Origin: an uncultured Verrucomicrobiae bacterium
GTDB taxonomy: Bacteria > Verrucomicrobiota > Verrucomicrobiia > Chthoniobacterales > JAFAMB01
DNA length: 64,000 nt
Assembly (NCBI GenBank): GCA_963837955.1
Contig: CAWIPH010000002.1
Span: 2,752,001-2,816,000, forward strand
Direction: 5' to 3'
The notes below the pieces were generated by a model, which searched no databases, was not told where the DNA came from, and worked only from the letters and a program-made list of their open reading frames with translations. Positions 60,533 to 64,000 of the stretch are shown here, in pieces. Made by a program: the position numbers and the translations under genes. Position 1 is the stretch's first letter; every line of letters begins with the position of its first letter.

Positions 60533-61633
60533 ATGATTAAACCAAAAATTCTGGTCACCGGTGCAACCGGAAAAACCGGGGGCGCGGTAGTCACTGAGCT
60601 ACTAGCGAAAGGTTGGCCCGTACGTGCCGCCGTCCGCGTACGTGATGCACGCAGCGATCGGCTCCAGCGCCGGGGCGCTGAGATCGTTGTGGTCGACATC
60701 TTTGATCCTAACCAACTGATGGACGCGATGCGCGGCGTGCAGCGCGCATATTATTGTCCGCCCTACCATCCGTTTGTGATCCAGAGTGCGTCGGCATTTG
60801 CCGTGGCAGCGCGTGAGACAGGTCTGGAACAGATCGTCGGGCTTTCGCAATGGCTCGCTGGACCTAACCATCCAGCGCTAATGACGCGCCAGCAGTGGCT
60901 TATCGACCGGATGTTCGCTGCGCTGCCCAACATCGCGCACACCGCCGTTACTCCCGGTTTCTTCGCTGATAGTCCATTTCTCGAGATGATGCCCATAGCG
61001 GCGCATCTCGGGATCTTGCCGCTGCCAGTCGCCGGAGAGAGCCGGAACGCCCCGCCCTCGGTTGACGATATCGCCCGCGTTGCGGTCGCCGCGCTCCTGG
61101 ATCCAGCACGCCACGCGGGCAAGAGCTACCGGCCGACTGGGCCGAAGCTCCTCACCGTTACTGAAATGGCGGCGATCATCGGCCGCGTCGTCGGCCACAA
61201 AGTGCGGCATGTCAGGACACGGCTCGGGATCTTTTACAAGGCAGCCAAGGCACAAGGTAAACAACCTATTCTGCTCAGCGGATTAAAACATTACTTTCAA
61301 GACCAGGACCGCGGCGCGTTCGCGATCGGTGCACCCAACGATACCGTACGCGAGCTCACCGGAAAAGACGCCGAGGACTTCGAGACGGTCGCACGTCGTC
61401 ACGCGGCATTGCCGGAATCGCGCCAGAGTCTGCGTGTGCGGCTCGCTGTCCTGGCGCGCTTCCTAACGGTACCGATACTGCCGGGGTTCAATCCCGAGAC
61501 CTACGACCGGGCACAAGAGCAGCCGATGCCGCCGACGCCGCATCTTGCGCTCGATGACGCCGGCTGGGCGGCGAGCCACGGCATCGAGGGCTTAGTTGTA
61601 GAGGGCGGTACGTTGAAGGAAGCGCTCGCCTGA
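60533..61633 (+). CDS. NmrA-family NAD(P)-binding protein
   Basis: ILVTGATGKTG, DDIARVA, YRPTGP. Confidence 0.9.
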   Translation: MIKPKILVTGATGKTGGAVVTELLAKGWPVRAAVRVRDARSDRLQRRGAEIVVVDIFDPNQLMDAMRGVQRAYYCPPYHPFVIQSASAFAVAARETGLEQIVGLSQWLAGPNHPALMTRQQWLIDRMFAALPNIAHTAVTPGFFADSPFLEMMPIAAHLGILPLPVAGESRNAPPSVDDIARVAVAALLDPARHAGKSYRPTGPKLLTVTEMAAIIGRVVGHKVRHVRTRLGIFYKAAKAQGKQPILLSGLKHYFQDQDRGAFAIGAPNDTVRELTGKDAEDFETVARRHAALPESRQSLRVRLAVLARFLTVPILPGFNPETYDRAQEQPMPPTPHLALDDAGWAASHGIEGLVVEGGTLKEALA

Positions 61634-61705
61634 GGTGGCGAAGACCGCACACCGCACAAATAGCAGATACCAAATTCACTACTTCATCATCTAGAAAGCA
61701 CAACC

Positions 61706-62542
61706 ATGAACGAGTTATCTAAACTAACCAGACAGCACTACGAAAAGAACGAAACCGAGGCCAGCCTGCTCTCGAAAGTCACTAAAATCCTGGAATCTCT
61801 ACCGGATGGATCGGTCGACTCTTCGCAGCTTGCTGGCTTGGACCAATTTCATGTCATGGGACTCGCAGCGACCGAACAGCTTGCGCAGATGGCGGCGATT
61901 GAACGGGGATCGGCCATCCTTGACGCCGGATCGGGTCTGGGAGGCCCATCGCGTTATCTCGCTGGCACCTACGGCTGTCGTGTTATCGGCGTGGACCTTT
62001 CGCCGTCGTTTGTTGCCGTAGCACAGCTGCTCGCGCAAAAAGCCGGTTTGCTCGACTGGGTCAACTACGAGACCGGTGACCTCTTGGCTCTGTCTTTTCC
62101 TGACAGCAGCTTCGACGTGGTGTGGACTCAGCATGTCGTCATGAATATTCCAGACCGAGAGCGAGTCTACCGTGAGTTCAGGCGCATCCTGAGGCCCGGG
62201 GGCAAGCTTGCTTTTTTTGATGTACTGGCTGCCGACGCTAATCTGGAGCTGCACTTTCCGGTGCCATGGGCCGAAAGTAGCGAGACAAGCTTCTTGCTTA
62301 CCCAGGACGAAACCAGCTCCGTTCTGGTGACAGCCGGCTTTACTATCACCGCATGGAACGATGTGACCAAGGAAGCGCTTAAATGGATCGTCCAACAAAA
62401 GCCGCCTACTCAAGGATTTAATCTCGGGGTCGTTATGGGCCCGCGGTTCGCTGAAATGTCGGCCAACTTAGCTCGAAACCTTCGAGAAGGACGTGTTTGC
62501 TTGGTTATGGGTGTCTGCACAGCGGCCAGTACCCGGAGCTGA
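61706..62542 (+). CDS. SAM-dependent methyltransferase (type 11)
   Basis: LDQFH, LDAGSGLGG, FDVVWTQHVVMNI, LRPGG, FPVPWA. Confidence 0.9.
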   Translation: MNELSKLTRQHYEKNETEASLLSKVTKILESLPDGSVDSSQLAGLDQFHVMGLAATEQLAQMAAIERGSAILDAGSGLGGPSRYLAGTYGCRVIGVDLSPSFVAVAQLLAQKAGLLDWVNYETGDLLALSFPDSSFDVVWTQHVVMNIPDRERVYREFRRILRPGGKLAFFDVLAADANLELHFPVPWAESSETSFLLTQDETSSVLVTAGFTITAWNDVTKEALKWIVQQKPPTQGFNLGVVMGPRFAEMSANLARNLREGRVCLVMGVCTAASTRS

Positions 62543-62583
62543 GCAGTCAAAAAGGCGCGACTATTCTAGCAACCTCAAGCACA

Positions 62584-62826
62584 ATGAATGGCCTTCCGTT
62601 ATTCGGGCTCAGTGTCCTGATGAGTTTTGTTGCCTTTGGCATCGTCACTAAGATTTATATCTGGCCCCGGCTCCGAATGGCGCAACGATCAGAAGCGCTT
62701 ATCGCATTGGCGGTTCCCCACACGTTCCGATTCATCGGGCTTAGCTTTTTGATTCCCGGAGTTGTATCACCGTCGCTGCCATCGGATTTTTCTTTTCCGG
62801 CGGCCTATGGCGATCTCTTCGCCGTC
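62584..62826 (+). pseudogene. Membrane protein 5' half, truncated
   Basis: HTFRFIGLSFL...PAAYGDL resembles TFRVLGGVF...PAGVGDV of 63090-63800; similarity stops at ~62826. Confidence 0.7.
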
Positions 62827-62943
62827 GGAAAAGCCGTGTTCGCAGAACAAAGTAAAGGCTGCTTCGAGCATGCGTTCACGAGTTGATTCGTTCTGGCGCT
62901 TGGGCTCGGTGGAATCCGATTTTTCCGCGGTCTTAAGCTTCAT
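62827..62943 (-). pseudogene. TetR paralogue 5' fragment
   Basis: MKLKTAEKSDSTEPKRQNESTRERMLEAAFTLFCEHGFS, matching the N terminus of 59789-60439. Confidence 0.8.
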
Positions 62944-62964
62944 AACAAAAAACTGCTTGCATTA

Positions 62965-63013
62965 GGTACGATATCGTACCATGTAATGGCTAGTGACGGT
63001 ACTGTATCGTACC
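62965..63013. promoter_or_regulatory. Second pair of TetR operators
   Basis: ggtacgatatcgtacc (62965-62980, identical to 60485-60500) and ggtactgtatcgtacc (62998-63013). Confidence 0.85.
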
Positions 63014-63089
63014 AAGGTCACTATAAGTCATACCTGCCAACTATGCTAACTAAGAACTTGTCTGTTTCGCTCTCGAAAGGAGCTATCCC

Positions 63090-63800
63090 ATGACTCTCAT
63101 CGTCTTCCAGGTAATCACTCAAACTATCTCTTCTACGTTGCACTGGTTCGGGCTCTGTTTCGGCATCAGGACCTGGGCCGGCCCGAACCCGCGCCGATGG
63201 CCATGGCTCGTCGGTACCACCATCGTGTCGGCGGCTTGGCTCCTCGCGATCATGTTGCTCGCTGCCAACAATTTTTTCGGTAATGACGGCCTACCGCCCC
63301 GGATTCCCATGGCCATGGTATTAACCCTGGCTTTTGGGTACCTTCTTCTGCTTTCGACCTCATTTCGCGGCATCATCGCAGCCATTCCCCAGCATTGGTT
63401 GATCGGGATCCAGACCTTCCGCGTTCTCGGCGGCGTATTCATCGTGCGGTATCTTCAGGGCGAAATGCCAGGGTTCTTTGCGATACCGGCCGGGGTCGGT
63501 GATGTCTTGACCGGGATCTTCGCACCTCTCGTCGCTTACTGGTTGTATTCAGGAAAGAGTTACGGGCGCGGCGCTGCCATCGCTTGGAACCTGTTCGGTA
63601 TGGCCGACCTGGTTGATGCAGTGGCGATCGGCGTGACTACTGGGGGACCCGGCCTCATATTCCCCTTGGTGTTAATACCGATCTACGCAGTGCCACGGGC
63701 ATTCCTCATCCACTCCTATTCACTCATTGGGCTTCTCCGGAAAACGTCTCAGCAGCTGCAGTCGCGAGAAGCGCTCCATTACGGTGCCGACGTAGCCTAG
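63090..63800 (+). CDS. Uncharacterised multi-TM membrane protein
   Basis: RBS aaaggag; about 7 hydrophobic helices; WNLFGMADL motif. Confidence 0.85.
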   Translation: MTLIVFQVITQTISSTLHWFGLCFGIRTWAGPNPRRWPWLVGTTIVSAAWLLAIMLLAANNFFGNDGLPPRIPMAMVLTLAFGYLLLLSTSFRGIIAAIPQHWLIGIQTFRVLGGVFIVRYLQGEMPGFFAIPAGVGDVLTGIFAPLVAYWLYSGKSYGRGAAIAWNLFGMADLVDAVAIGVTTGGPGLIFPLVLIPIYAVPRAFLIHSYSLIGLLRKTSQQLQSREALHYGADVA

Positions 63801-64000
63801 CCAAAATAGAAACAAACATCCCAATGAGCGTAATTGACACCCTGACCCAGCGTGACGAAGCCTTCGCCAGCAGTCGCTTCTCCTAGGTAGCGGTTCTGTT
63901 TTTTCGAATCCGATCAATCCAAACGGCCAGAACAATCAAAGCACCAATGGCAATCTGCAGCGTGAACGCGTCGATGCCCAACAGGTTGCCCCCGCTCGCG

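Noticed and set aside
1..64000. tRNA, rRNA, prophage or intact transposase genes
   Set aside because: None recognised by eye; a tRNAscan-SE or Infernal run would be needed to exclude small RNAs

Overview
Bacterial chromosomal segment, probably from a soil Verrucomicrobium (Chthoniobacterales-like; inferred only from gene content such as DUF5069, dapL and a Chlamydia-type RNR, not verified). Positions 1-37.8 kb are mostly core genes: crcB pair, mobA, trpA, ychF, a Deg/HtrA protease pair, a sigma54 activator, an nrdB-nrdA-dcd operon under a cobalamin riboswitch and NrdR boxes, fabG, two S9 peptidases, asd, mpg, sodA and dapL. Many intergenic gaps there hold REP/MITE-like palindromes or 7-9 bp tandem-unit hairpins. 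From 37.8 kb on the window is accessory. It contains a frameshifted GxxExxY nuclease-family gene between inverted 8-mer-unit repeats, and an 8.9 kb segment (glycosyltransferase, MFS exporter, CDP-6-deoxysugar genes, sugar transporters, IS and ArsR scars) bracketed by 60 bp inverted repeats of the same architecture. It ends with an integrase remnant, a dif-like site and a duplicated TetR regulon with four operators. Other notable points: the RNR beta subunit lacks the radical tyrosine (Leu instead; class Ic-like), there is an active/pseudo-protease pair, three histidine-kinase-like proteins lack a usable ATPase domain, and a 41 aa lipoprotein is missing from the ORF track. No rRNA, tRNA or CRISPR array was seen. 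All family assignments are from motif recognition by eye; no searches were run.
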